Assembly (NCBI GenBank): GCA_963749075.1
Contig: CAVVLJ010000004.1
Location: forward strand, 160,001-224,000
Length of the DNA: 64,000 bases
Reading direction: 5' to 3'
Source: an uncultured Pseudomonadota bacterium
GTDB lineage: Bacteria > Pseudomonadota > Alphaproteobacteria > JACZXZ01
The position numbers were made by a program, and so were the translations under genes. Below are positions 18,913 through 28,971 of the stretch, piece by piece; the first letter of the stretch is position 1; each line of letters opens with the position of its first letter. A model generated the notes under the pieces. That model did no database searches. It was not told the DNA's origin and saw only the letters and a program-made list of their open reading frames with translations.

Positions 18913-19518
18913 GTGGCGGCCGTGAGCAATGAAGCTAATGCCATCTTTCTTTTGGTGGCACTGTTCCTGTTCATGCTGTGGTTTTACGGACCTTGGCAGA
19001 CCCAATGTGTTGATTGGGCGCGGCGCAAGATGTTCGAGTCGCGGAATGCAATTTTTGATATGGCTGCCGATGGGAAGGTTTCCTTCGATTCGCGAGAATA
19101 TCGGCAGATTCGGTTGGCAATCGAGACACTGATTAGATTCACCCATCACGTCTCCTGGCCGCGGCTGGTGTTCTTCGCGATTTCGCGGCGGTTCATCGTT
19201 GATGATAGATCGTCCGTGCAGGACGTTCTCGATACTCGTCTCGGGGAGATCAAAAATGACTCGGTGAGGAATGAGATGGTGCCGCATATCACTGTGGTTA
19301 AGGATGCGCTCGTCTATTCTTTCCTCTCTCGCTCAGTCGTTCTGATGGTGGTATCCGCCCTTTTTATGGCCGCGTTATATCTAGGCGTCCCGATCTATGT
19401 CATTTGTAAGAGATTGTCTGACGCGATCTTTGACGCGATTCAGCGAGACGCGCAGGCCTTGGACCGCCCTGGCGGCTTGGGCGGCTCGCGCGTGAGAAAT
19501 ATGGGACGTATTTTCTAG
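18913..19518 (+). CDS. Hypothetical membrane-anchored protein
   Basis: Abuts the previous stop; N-terminal TM, helical middle, C-terminal TM pair; lower GC. Confidence 0.6.
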   Translation: MAAVSNEANAIFLLVALFLFMLWFYGPWQTQCVDWARRKMFESRNAIFDMAADGKVSFDSREYRQIRLAIETLIRFTHHVSWPRLVFFAISRRFIVDDRSSVQDVLDTRLGEIKNDSVRNEMVPHITVVKDALVYSFLSRSVVLMVVSALFMAALYLGVPIYVICKRLSDAIFDAIQRDAQALDRPGGLGGSRVRNMGRIF

Positions 19519-19834
19519 CCGTGTGACATCACCCGCTGGTCTGGCTCCTTCAACGGCAAGATCGCTCAAAGTAGCCCACTACCCCGCCGCTTGACCCTCG
19601 GCACTTCGCATGCCATTTTTCTTGGGCGCGCTCCGGTTCCGTCCGTCGAGCCGTGGCCCGTCTCGAAGTGCTCTCTTGGCCGCCGGGGAACAGGGCACCC
19701 CGCGGGAACCATAGAGAATCCCGGGATACTCGCATGGTGGGCAGTCGGCCGATGCCGGAGGCGTGCTGCCATGGCGGTGCGGCGGTGGCGGGGGCTTGCG
19801 TATCCGTGCATTTCACGACAGCGAGAGGGTGCCC

Positions 19835-22204
19835 ATGGACGTTCCCTATAAGGTCGAAGACTTGAGCCTGACGAAGTTCGGCATCGGCCAGCCGGTGCCG
19901 CGCAGCGAGGATCCCTATCTCCTGCGCGGCGAGGGCCGCTACACCGACGACGTGAAGCTCGCCGGTCAGGCCTATGCCGTCATGGTGCGGAGCCGCTATG
20001 CCCACGGCATCCTCCGCGGCATCGATGCGGGCGCAGCACTCGCCTTGCCGGGCGTGCTCGCCGTGCTCACCTCGGCCGACCTCGAGGCGGGCGGCTACGG
20101 CACGCTTAAATGCATGATCCCGGCAACCAACCGCGACGGCACGCCGATGCGCCAGCCCACTTGGCCCGCGCTCGCCACCGACCGCGTGCGCTATCTCGGC
20201 GACGCGGTCGCCTGCGTCGTGGCCGAGAGCCTGGCCGAGGCCAAGGACGCGGCCGAGGCGGTCGAGCTCGATATCGAGGCGCTCCCCGCCGTCACCCGCG
20301 CGAGCGAGGCGGTCAAGCCCGGCGCACCCCAGCTCTACGACGAGGTGCCGCAGAACATAGCAGCCGACTTCCATTTCGGCGACGCCGGGAAAGTGGCCGA
20401 GGCCTTCAAGAGTGCTGCGCACGTGACGCGCCTCGAGCTCGACAACAACCGCGTCGTCGTCTGCGCCATGGAGCCGCGCTCGGCCCTCGCCCAATACGAC
20501 GCCGAGGCGGACAAGTGGACGCTGCATGCCGGCAGCCAGGGCGTCTTCGGCCTGCGCGGCCAGATCGCCAGGGACATCCTCAAGGTGCCGCCGGAGAAGG
20601 TGCGCGTGCTCACCGGCAACGTGGGCGGCTCTTTCGGCATGAAGGCGCCGGTGTTCCCGGAATACGTCTGTCTCTTCCACGCAGCACGCCTGCTCGGCCG
20701 CCCGGTCAAGTGGACGGACGAGCGCTCGGAGAGCTTCCTCTCCGACACCCACGGCCGCGACCACGAGTATTTGGCCGAGCTGGCGCTCGACGAGGAGGGC
20801 CGCTTCTTAGCACTGCGCATCACCGGCTTCGGCAATCTCGGCGGCCGTCTGGCGCACGTGTCGCCCCTCATGCCGACGATGAACGTGACCAAGAACGCCA
20901 TCGGCGTCTACCGCACGCCGCTCGTCGAGACCTCGACCAGGCTCGTCTTCACCAACACCGTGCCGATCAACGCCTATCGCGGCGCCGGCCGGCCCGAGGG
21001 CAACTACGTGATGGAGCGCCTCGTCGAGACGGCGGCGCGCGAGATGGGCATCGATCCGGTGGAGCTGCGCCGGCGCAACCACGTGCGGCCCGAGGAGATG
21101 CCCTACAAGACGCCGGCCGCCACCACCTACGACAGCGGCGACTTCACGCGCCTCATGGAGGAGGCGCTCGCCAAGGCGGATTGGGCGGGCTTCGCCATGC
21201 GCAAGAAAGCGAGCGCTGCCAAGGGCCTCCTGCGCGGCCGCGGCATGGGCAACTACCTCGAGGTGACCGCACCTCCCATGAAGGAGATGGGCGGCATCCG
21301 CTTCGAGGCCAACGGCACGGTCACCATCATCACCGGCACGCTCGATTACGGCCAGGGCCATGCCTCGCCCTTCGCGCAGATCCTGCACGAGAAGCTCGGC
21401 GTGCCCTTCGAGCGCATCCGCCTCCTCCAGGGCGACAGCGACGAGCTCATCGCCGGCGGCGGCACGGGCGGCTCCAAATCGGTCATGGCGAGCGGCTCGG
21501 CGATCGTCGAGGCGAGCCAGAAGGTGATCGAGCAGGGCCGCCAGATCGCCTCGGCGGTGCTCGAGGCGGCTGCCGCGGATATCGAGTTCTCCCAAGGCCG
21601 CTTCTCGATCGTCGGCACCGATCGCGGCATCGGCATCATGGAGCTTAGCGAGAAGCTGCGCCAGGGCGTCAAGCTGCCGCCCGAGACGCCGGCGACGCTC
21701 GACGTGAAGCACGTCTTCGAGCTCGCCCCCTCCGCCTATCCCAACGGCTGCCACATCGCCGAGGTCGAGATCGACCCCTTGACCGGCGTGGCCGCGGTCG
21801 TGAAGTACGTGATGGTCAACGACTTCGGCGTGCTCGTGAACCCGCTCCTCGTCGAGGGCCAGCTCCACGGCGGCGTGGTGCAGGGCATCGGCCAGGCGCT
21901 CATGGAGCGCACGGTCTACGACGCGGACGGCCAGCTCCTCTCCGGCTCCTACATGGACTACGCGCTGCCGCGCGCACCCGACCTGCCGAGCTTCGCCTTC
22001 TTCAGCCATCCGGTGCCGGCCAAGACCAATCTCCTCGGCGCCAAAGGCTGCGGCGAGGCCGGCTGCGCCGGCTCGCTGCCGGCGGTGATGAACGCGGTGG
22101 TCGACGCGCTCTCCGAGCTCGGCATCGCGCACATCGACATGCCGGCGACGCCGCTCGCCATCTGGGAGGCCATCGACAAGGCGCGGAAGAGGAGTGCTGC
22201 CTAG
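19835..22204 (+). CDS. Xanthine dehydrogenase family molybdopterin-binding subunit (form II CoxL-like)
   Basis: G..VPRSED..L.GEG.Y.DD, VGGSFGMK, AYRGAGR, GQ.HGG..QGIG, KGCGEAG. Confidence 0.9.
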   Translation: MDVPYKVEDLSLTKFGIGQPVPRSEDPYLLRGEGRYTDDVKLAGQAYAVMVRSRYAHGILRGIDAGAALALPGVLAVLTSADLEAGGYGTLKCMIPATNRDGTPMRQPTWPALATDRVRYLGDAVACVVAESLAEAKDAAEAVELDIEALPAVTRASEAVKPGAPQLYDEVPQNIAADFHFGDAGKVAEAFKSAAHVTRLELDNNRVVVCAMEPRSALAQYDAEADKWTLHAGSQGVFGLRGQIARDILKVPPEKVRVLTGNVGGSFGMKAPVFPEYVCLFHAARLLGRPVKWTDERSESFLSDTHGRDHEYLAELALDEEGRFLALRITGFGNLGGRLAHVSPLMPTMNVTKNAIGVYRTPLVETSTRLVFTNTVPINAYRGAGRPEGNYVMERLVETAAREMGIDPVELRRRNHVRPEEMPYKTPAATTYDSGDFTRLMEEALAKADWAGFAMRKKASAAKGLLRGRGMGNYLEVTAPPMKEMGGIRFEANGTVTIITGTLDYGQGHASPFAQILHEKLGVPFERIRLLQGDSDELIAGGGTGGSKSVMASGSAIVEASQKVIEQGRQIASAVLEAAAADIEFSQGRFSIVGTDRGIGIMELSEKLRQGVKLPPETPATLDVKHVFELAPSAYPNGCHIAEVEIDPLTGVAAVVKYVMVNDFGVLVNPLLVEGQLHGGVVQGIGQALMERTVYDADGQLLSGSYMDYALPRAPDLPSFAFFSHPVPAKTNLLGAKGCGEAGCAGSLPAVMNAVVDALSELGIAHIDMPATPLAIWEAIDKARKRSAA

Positions 22205-22335
22205 CGCCGGCCGCCGAGGCATGATTGGCTCTCGCAGGCGGGCGGGCTATAAGATGCCCCGTCGCCGGCGCCGAGGACGCGAGGCACGGCTTGGGGATCG
22301 GCTGCGCCGCGAAAGGCCGACGGAATGCCGGTGCC

Positions 22336-23007
22336 ATGAGCGAGGGGCAAGCGAAATACCGCGTGGTGCGCGTCTGGGACGCGCCCACGCGGCTGTTCCA
22401 CTGGTGTGCCGCAGCACTGGTGGTGGCGCTCTACCTCACGTGGCGCCTCGATGCGATGCGCTGGCACGAGCTGGCAGGTTATGCGCTCCTCGCGCTGCTG
22501 CTCTTCCGTCTGCTCTGGGGCATCCTTGGCAGCGATAGCGCGCGCTTCGCCCGCTTCCTTGCCTCGCCGCGTGCGGCACTCCGGCATCTCCGGCACTTCT
22601 TCCGGCGCGAGCCGGACGCCGAGGTAGGCCACAACGCGGCCGGCGGCTGGATGGTGCTGGCAATGCTCGCGCTCTTGCTCGGAGAGACGCTCACGGGCCT
22701 CTTCGTCGACAACGACGTGGCGAACGAGGGGCCGCTCACGGAAGTCGTCTCCGCCGGCTTCTCCAACCTGATGACCGACCTGCACGAGATTCTGTGGGAC
22801 GCGCTGCTGGCGGCCATTGCGCTGCACCTGCTCGCCGTCCTCGCCTATGGCGTGGTCAAGCGCCACCATTTGGCGCGCGCGATGATCACGGGGCGCAAGC
22901 GGCTCCCCGCCGAGGTGCCGGCGCCGCGCCTTGCCTCCCCGTTGCTGGCCGCACTGCTCTTCGCCTGCGCCGCCGCTGCCGCGGCGCTCATCTCAGCCTG
23001 GCTTTGA
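22336..23007 (+). CDS. Cytochrome b/b6 domain membrane protein
   Basis: VWDAPTRLFHW, WHELAGY, GHNAAGG, LHE..., LHLLAV His ligands, AMITGRK. Confidence 0.85.
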   Translation: MSEGQAKYRVVRVWDAPTRLFHWCAAALVVALYLTWRLDAMRWHELAGYALLALLLFRLLWGILGSDSARFARFLASPRAALRHLRHFFRREPDAEVGHNAAGGWMVLAMLALLLGETLTGLFVDNDVANEGPLTEVVSAGFSNLMTDLHEILWDALLAAIALHLLAVLAYGVVKRHHLARAMITGRKRLPAEVPAPRLASPLLAALLFACAAAAAALISAWL

Positions 23008-23031
23008 GCCTCGTCGGCGGGTTGCGCCGCC

Positions 23032-23493
23032 TCAGCTCTTGGGCGGCATCACCTGGCCGCGAATCTCGCCGGGCGGATGGTCTTTGGTATGCACGTTGAT
23101 ATACCAGTCGCCGGCCATGAACTGCTGGGCCTGCTCCGGCGTGAGCGTGGCCTCTCCCGTGATCGGGCTTGTCACGTCGCTGCCCTTCTTGCTGATCCAG
23201 ATGATCACCGGACCGTTCTTGCCGGCAGCTGCCGGGCCATGGAAATGCGCCATGGTGACGGGCCCCGAGAGCCCGGAATAGGTGACGGACCAAGTCAGCA
23301 TGTGGGTCGCGGGGTCGTAGCTGAGGTTGGCGGTCCCCGTGCCCGGGGTCGTCACCGGCGGGACCTGCGCGGCACCGGACAGCGCAACCGTGAACTTCAT
23401 GCTGTCGGCCATGCCGCTCGAGATGGTGGCGAAGGTCAGTGCCGCCGCGGCGGCCACCGTCCATAATGCTCTGCGCGTGAGTGCGGACATCAT
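23032..23493 (-). CDS. Secreted CHRD domain protein
   Basis: LSGA.QVPPV, AHFHGPA, WYINVHT..HP.GEIRGQ; signal peptide; GGAGG SD. Confidence 0.9.
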   Translation of the reverse strand: MMSALTRRALWTVAAAAALTFATISSGMADSMKFTVALSGAAQVPPVTTPGTGTANLSYDPATHMLTWSVTYSGLSGPVTMAHFHGPAAAGKNGPVIIWISKKGSDVTSPITGEATLTPEQAQQFMAGDWYINVHTKDHPPGEIRGQVMPPKS

Positions 23494-23915
23494 GTCCTCC
23501 CTTGTTGGCTCGGTCGTCGGCTGCCGTCGGCCACGCCGCCGTTCCGCCAGGCAATCCTACGGCATCGCAACGGATGGCGCATTATTCGCGCGCGCACGAT
23601 ACGGGTCCAGGACGGCACCGGTCCATCCCCATCACATTCCCGTGATTTTCGCCGCTTGCCGGCGCGAAAAGCGCCCGGGTTCCTCGCCATCCGCCACATC
23701 CGATGCCGGCAGCTACCCGGAGCGCATCCGGCGCGCGATCAGGGAGGCCAGGGCTGCGGACAGTGAGTGCCTAGTGGCGTGCTCCGGTTGACCCTCCGTG
23801 CCGAATGGATGGATGACCCGAGCATCAGAGACCGAAGTCGAAACCTCCTTATCAGCAATTCGACCACCGTATTCGGCACTTCGTAATTATGGGGGCGGAG
23901 CATAAGCAATCTATG

Positions 23916-26900
23916 CTAAACCTCGTCTTCATCGTCTTCCTCACCCCATTTCGCTTTATCTTCCCAGAGGTGGCCTTGTTCCTTCGGTGGAGGCCCAGAT
24001 GCAGCCGGTTTTTCCTCCGTTTGGTCTGGCTGTGGCAACTCGTGGGCCTTAAAGCATGGCCCTGACACGACTGTTTCAAGAGCGGCAGCAAGGCCTGGTT
24101 CCATGGCGAGCGTCGCCTCAAGAACCCAAAGAAGTTCGAGCAAATCGTCCGTCATGGCTGGCGTCCACGCCTTCGGCCGCACATCGTCAAGCGGCGACGA
24201 TTTCTTGCCAGCCCGATTCCGCATCCTATAGCTGAGCCAGGAGGGTACAACCTGAAGACCGGAGACTTCGTATGCATAAACGTCGGCTGTGACCGGGCCA
24301 AAGCGACCCGCTCCCACGCGCAGCTCCTTCGATATCGGGCGGTATTCAAAGTTCTCGGGATAACCATCCTCGGTATGCGGAACAGCTGCGAGGCACTTCG
24401 CGGAGCCCGCGGGTGTAGCTTTGGGACGTTTCGCAGGACTCATTCGCTCGCCGTAGGTATGTATCCATAGAAGCTTCCGGCCCAGCGCGGCTGTCGTAAA
24501 AAATAATTTTTCCCGTTTCGTTATCGGAACACGTGGGGCGGGAGTCGCCAGTTCCTCCCAAAACCGTTTTGTGTATGAAAGGCCGCCGAGGAGAGCATAG
24601 ACATAAGCCAGCAGGTCTTCGGCCAGCACTATTTTCTTATATGCGTTCGCTAAAAACCTAAGTAACCCGCCAGTGACGTTCGGGTCTTTGGCGCCCCGGT
24701 CGCGCCAAAGCGGGATCACATCCTTCCCCCCAAACGAGCCGCGGAAGTGGTGGAGATCCGGGATGGAGGCCGCGGCAGTAAGCGCCGGCCCCCTTCCAAG
24801 GGGAAATGCTAAAAGTGACGTGAGATATATCTGCTTATTCCCCGAGCAGCGAAATAGCTCTGGGCGAAGGCGATCGCCTAAGCGAAAGTCGTATACACAG
24901 TACTGGCGGTCGAACGATCGAAATGCATAGCGCGATGGGCGGGGGCACTTGCTGTGCGCCTTCTCTAAATGGATCGGCGGATGGCCGCTTCCAGGCAGAT
25001 TTCCACCGACTACGTACGAAATTCCACGGTCTGGTGTCTCCCTAAATAGCTGCTTCCGGCGTTCCAGGGGCGCGGACACAAGTTGTGTCCATCGGCGTTC
25101 CAAAACGTCGGGGGTTTCGGCGATGGGCCAGCTTCGCTTGAATTGAGCCCCCGAGTGTTGCCAAGGAAACAACGTCGTAATCTCGGGCCATGAAAAAAAG
25201 TCGCCTTTGCCTTCGGGGAGAAACGGCTTTTGCCAGCCTGCGGGGCAAGGATGCCATTGCAGATCGGCGAACCGAGAAACTGACGCAAGTCGGGCGAGTT
25301 TCTCCCGCCGTGTTCCGTCGATCTTGGTGTATCGTACCGTTGCCGGCGTTTCCGGCGACGAACTTGGGCCGCGCATGCCAATCGCAATGGCCACCGGGGT
25401 CTGAATGTTAAAGACGTTTTCGCTCTTACGCGTTCCGAGATTGTCGCCGCCCAAATCAATAATCCATAGCTCGTCGAGGATTCGGCGCATCACTTCGCGC
25501 ATGCCGACAAAGCCCGGGCCGGAGAGATAGCTTGATGCGGTAATAAACGTGACGATGCCCCCGCCCTGCTGATGCTCGAACATTCGCCATAAGGCCCAAC
25601 GCCAGAAGTAGACGTAATCGTTGTAAACGTTCTTCAAGTGCACGCCTGCGCCCGAATTCCGGGCCGGCTCTAAGAAATCCTCGAAGATTGGGCGCTCCTT
25701 GGTGGGCTCGCCCACCTTGCCCTGCCCGTGGTCGGCATACCGGACCCACCCGCCTTTTCTATGCGTCAGGAGGTCGCCCTCCTCGATCTGCTGCCGGTCA
25801 TACGGGGGATTGCCCAGGCAAACGAGAATTTTTCCCAATTCCTTGAGCCGTCGCGCCGCCTCGCGTTCATCCGTAAGCTTGCGATGCGTGAGGTCAAGGC
25901 CGCCCGGAGGGGTGGTGAAGGGGCTCGCCAGCGTATCGGCCAAATAAATCCGCACTCGGCCGTGAGGCAGAGTGCCCCCTTCGCCTTCAATCGTCTTCGC
26001 GAGCCGAAGATGCGCCACTGCATACGGACCAACGAGAATCTCGAAGCCGTACATGTTTTGCGCGAGTTGGCTCGCACGCCCAGGAACGGCACCTTTCCCG
26101 GATCGCTTTTTCACGCGATCCAGGGCGTGAAGCGCGGCCACAAGCAGGTAGGTCCCTGTACCGACCGCCGGATCGAGGAACACGACGCCGTCATCCGCGA
26201 ACGAGAACCTCTTAGCAAAGCGCATCTCGAGCAATTGCGAAGCGAGTTCCACCTGCGCCGTCACGACCTCGCGTGGCGTGTAATAGACCCCGTAATCCCT
26301 TCTTAGTTTCGGGTCATAGGCAGCAAGGAAATCTTCGTAAAAGTAAAGCCATAAATCAGGCTTATTCTTCTGAAAATCATGAGGATCCAGCTCTGTAAGC
26401 GAGCGCTGAAGCAACTCGAAACCGACGCGTAACTCCTCGCGTGCCTCATCCTGTCCCAGAAGCTTCAAAGTCTGTGCGAGGAGCCCATTACCGGCGTCGA
26501 GCGTCTTTGCCGCCCTTTCGGGGCTCAGATCTGTCGCGCCATCGAGCCGTGCCAGGAGAAGGGCATAGGTGACCGTTTGCGTATAAGCGTCGGCAAACTG
26601 ATTGTCGTCTGCTTCTGGGAAGAAGAAGTTCCTCCATTCTGTGGCCAGCCGATCAACCGCCGACCCTTCCTTTTTCAAAGCAAGTAATATTTCCTCGCGG
26701 AGATAACGGGCAAGCGGCGCGAGATATTTGGCGAGTTCGTCTGGTTTGTGCGGAACTATCGGCTGCCAAAACAAAAAGTCGCGGATGAGACTCTCGAAGT
26801 CGCGACTGTCCCGTGCGTCGACCGCATCCTCGCCCTCGTCGGTTGGGTCGCCGCGAAAATGGACTGGCGTGCCGAGTCGCTCTCCAGTCCGGTAGAGCGA

Positions 26901-27275
26901 CCATTCGCGTCCATCCGAATAAATCAGATTGGGGAGGCTCTTGAGCTTGGACCACTGTGCCTTGTCGTGATCGCTCCTGAACTTCGTGGGATCAGCTCCA
27001 GCGCCGGGCTGCTTCAATTCGATATAGCCGCATATAAGGCCGCCAACGTAGACGGCGATGTCGGGACGCAAGCCGAGCTTAGAAAGTTGAGCCTCTGTCT
27101 GCGCATCTACCCGCTTTTTGAGCGTCGTCCCGACTGCCTTGAGAAGATGTTCGATCGGAGTTTTGAGCTGGTCCTCAGGGCTTGCCAGTCCGCTCAAGCC
27201 GAATTTCTCCTTTAACTCGGCGGCGAATTTCCGCAGGAGTCCGTGGGTTGTGCTCGATAAAATCTTTGCTTGCAA
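23916..27275 (-). CDS. Single-chain restriction-modification enzyme (PD-(D/E)xK nuclease + N6-adenine MTase + Type ISP-like C-terminal specificity region; no helicase)
   Basis: RPD..YIELK, YEDFLAAYDPKLR..GVYYTP, DPAVGTGTYL (motif I), GNPPY (motif IV), RY.FRSFDRQ, LELLWVLE; lower-GC DNA. Confidence 0.85.
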   Translation of the reverse strand: MQAKILSSTTHGLLRKFAAELKEKFGLSGLASPEDQLKTPIEHLLKAVGTTLKKRVDAQTEAQLSKLGLRPDIAVYVGGLICGYIELKQPGAGADPTKFRSDHDKAQWSKLKSLPNLIYSDGREWSLYRTGERLGTPVHFRGDPTDEGEDAVDARDSRDFESLIRDFLFWQPIVPHKPDELAKYLAPLARYLREEILLALKKEGSAVDRLATEWRNFFFPEADDNQFADAYTQTVTYALLLARLDGATDLSPERAAKTLDAGNGLLAQTLKLLGQDEAREELRVGFELLQRSLTELDPHDFQKNKPDLWLYFYEDFLAAYDPKLRRDYGVYYTPREVVTAQVELASQLLEMRFAKRFSFADDGVVFLDPAVGTGTYLLVAALHALDRVKKRSGKGAVPGRASQLAQNMYGFEILVGPYAVAHLRLAKTIEGEGGTLPHGRVRIYLADTLASPFTTPPGGLDLTHRKLTDEREAARRLKELGKILVCLGNPPYDRQQIEEGDLLTHRKGGWVRYADHGQGKVGEPTKERPIFEDFLEPARNSGAGVHLKNVYNDYVYFWRWALWRMFEHQQGGGIVTFITASSYLSGPGFVGMREVMRRILDELWIIDLGGDNLGTRKSENVFNIQTPVAIAIGMRGPSSSPETPATVRYTKIDGTRREKLARLASVSRFADLQWHPCPAGWQKPFLPEGKGDFFSWPEITTLFPWQHSGAQFKRSWPIAETPDVLERRWTQLVSAPLERRKQLFRETPDRGISYVVGGNLPGSGHPPIHLEKAHSKCPRPSRYAFRSFDRQYCVYDFRLGDRLRPELFRCSGNKQIYLTSLLAFPLGRGPALTAAASIPDLHHFRGSFGGKDVIPLWRDRGAKDPNVTGGLLRFLANAYKKIVLAEDLLAYVYALLGGLSYTKRFWEELATPAPRVPITKREKLFFTTAALGRKLLWIHTYGERMSPAKRPKATPAGSAKCLAAVPHTEDGYPENFEYRPISKELRVGAGRFGPVTADVYAYEVSGLQVVPSWLSYRMRNRAGKKSSPLDDVRPKAWTPAMTDDLLELLWVLEATLAMEPGLAAALETVVSGPCFKAHELPQPDQTEEKPAASGPPPKEQGHLWEDKAKWGEEDDEDEV

Positions 27276-27838
27276 CGGATCAGCCCATCAAGTTTGGCGT
27301 AAAGAGTGCCCGTGATGAGGACACGGTGCGAGCGTTGTCTCGCGTCGTCATCGCTCCCGTCGATGTGCAAACTGCAGCATTGGGCGCGGATAATGGATGC
27401 CAACCGAGTTGCACAATGACCCGACGACAGAGCGTTTTCCAGCCTAACGGCGGTGCCTTAAATAGTCGCTCAGAGATTTTGCTCCAGCGCAATCGAGCAG
27501 GGTCTCTAACTTCGTGTCGCCACGTACGTCTGAGGCAAAATCCGCGCCGTAGGTTTGCCGAAGTGTATGTACGCGGGTGCTTCCGTTCTTGCGGCGGATC
27601 TCACCGTTCCTGTCGCGGCAACGATCATCGAGGCCTGCATGACAAGACCTGTTGCTCATAGTTGTTCCCTTTATATCCTTGCGATGTTCACGGTATTTTG
27701 CTCGCGCGGATAAGCCCCGTCAACCCAGTATTTTGCGATATTGCGCGGCCCTACCGGCAATTTATATACAAGAAATTGATTTTCGAAGCTTGGCGGCACT
27801 CGCGACCTCCGTTCCTCGGATATTTTTGGAGAGATCGG

Positions 27839-27966
27839 TTGAGCCGCGACGCGGTTTAACCGCACGAGCGGTCAAGAGGGCGCGCGAGGCGCGCACGGCG
27901 AAGGCCGTCCTCGGCGTCACCAACGTGGTGGTCTACGCGCGCTCGCCGCTCGGCATCCGCAACTGA
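27839..27966 (+). other. Putative leader peptide (uORF) upstream of dapA
   Basis: GGAGAG SD 27828-27833 and TTG 27839; host-like codons for AVKRAREARTAKAVLGVTNVVVYARSPLGIRN*; needs one extra base near 27856 to be continuous. Confidence 0.45.
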
Positions 27967-28000
27967 GATCGGCTTTGTGCCTCGGTACCTTCGTGCTTTA

Positions 28001-28040
28001 CTCTTTCGCGATCGCTCCGCATGCGCGGCGGCGAAAGGGG
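28001..28040 (+). promoter_or_regulatory. Hairpin sequestering the dapA Shine-Dalgarno
   Basis: CTCTTTCGC (28001-28009) pairs with GCGAAAGGG (28031-28039) just before ATG 28048. Confidence 0.5.
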
Positions 28041-28047
28041 TTGCGCC

Positions 28048-28938
28048 ATGTCCGAGATCTCCGGCGTCTGGCTGCCGGTCATCACGCCCTTCCTCGACGG
28101 CAAGGTCGATCTCGCGAGCTATGAGCGCCTCATCGAGCACTACCTCGCCAAGGGGGTGACCGGCATCTTCCCGCTCGGCACCACGGGCGAGAGCCCGACG
28201 CTCGACGACGACGAGATGGAGGCGATCGTCGAGCGCACGGTGAGTGTGGTAGGAGACCGCGTGCCGGTCTTCGTCGGCGTCGGCGGCAATGCCACCGCCA
28301 AGGTCCTGAAGTCGCTCAAGCGCCTCGAGCGCTATCCCTTTGCCGGCATCGTCTCGGTCTGCCCTTATTACAACCGGCCGGGCCAGGACGGCCTCTATGC
28401 GCATTTCGCGCGCATCGCCGAGGCCACGGCGCGCGAGATCGTCATCTACAACATCCCCTACCGCACCGCCGTCAACCTGGCGAACGAGACGCTCTTGCGC
28501 CTGGCCGAGCTCCCCAACATCGTGGGCGTCAAGGATTCGGCGGGCAGCCTCGCGCAATCGCTCGAGCTCCTGCGCCTCTGCCCGCAAGGCTTCTCGGTGA
28601 TGACGGGCGAGGACGCCTATTTCTACACCATGCTCGCCCATGGCGGCCAAGGCGGCATCCTCGCCTCGGCGCACTTGCGGACAGAGCTCTTCTTGGCCGT
28701 CCATGAGCGCATGGCGGCCAACGACCATCGCGGCGCGCGCGCTCTTTGGCAGCAGGTCGAGACGCTGGTGCCCCTCCTCTTCAAGGAGGCGAACCCGATG
28801 CCGATCAAGCATTGCCTGTGGCGCCGCGGCCTCATCCGCTCGCCCGAGTGCCGCCTGCCGCTCACGCGCATATCCCAGGCGCTCAGCGTGGAGCTCGACC
28901 GGCTCGAGGCGGGTGCCGCCGGGAAGGCCGCAGAATAG
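28048..28938 (+). CDS. dapA: 4-hydroxy-tetrahydrodipicolinate synthase (DapA family)
   Basis: GTTGES, PYYNRP, YNIPYRT, Schiff-base GVKDS, NPMPIK, RLPL. Confidence 0.85.
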   Translation: MSEISGVWLPVITPFLDGKVDLASYERLIEHYLAKGVTGIFPLGTTGESPTLDDDEMEAIVERTVSVVGDRVPVFVGVGGNATAKVLKSLKRLERYPFAGIVSVCPYYNRPGQDGLYAHFARIAEATAREIVIYNIPYRTAVNLANETLLRLAELPNIVGVKDSAGSLAQSLELLRLCPQGFSVMTGEDAYFYTMLAHGGQGGILASAHLRTELFLAVHERMAANDHRGARALWQQVETLVPLLFKEANPMPIKHCLWRRGLIRSPECRLPLTRISQALSVELDRLEAGAAGKAAE

Positions 28939-28971
28939 CCGGCGCGCTCACGTCGCCGGAAGGGAGGAGCC

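Noticed and set aside
19835-22204. Bona fide aerobic CO dehydrogenase
   Set aside because: Lacks the form I AYxCSFR motif and the coxMS/accessory genes.
23813-27424. ATGACCCGA direct repeat (23813, 27416) flanking the RM gene
   Set aside because: Only 9 bp, lacks CGGACA and the upstream units, and the right copy is inside the low-GC tract rather than at its edge; may be chance.
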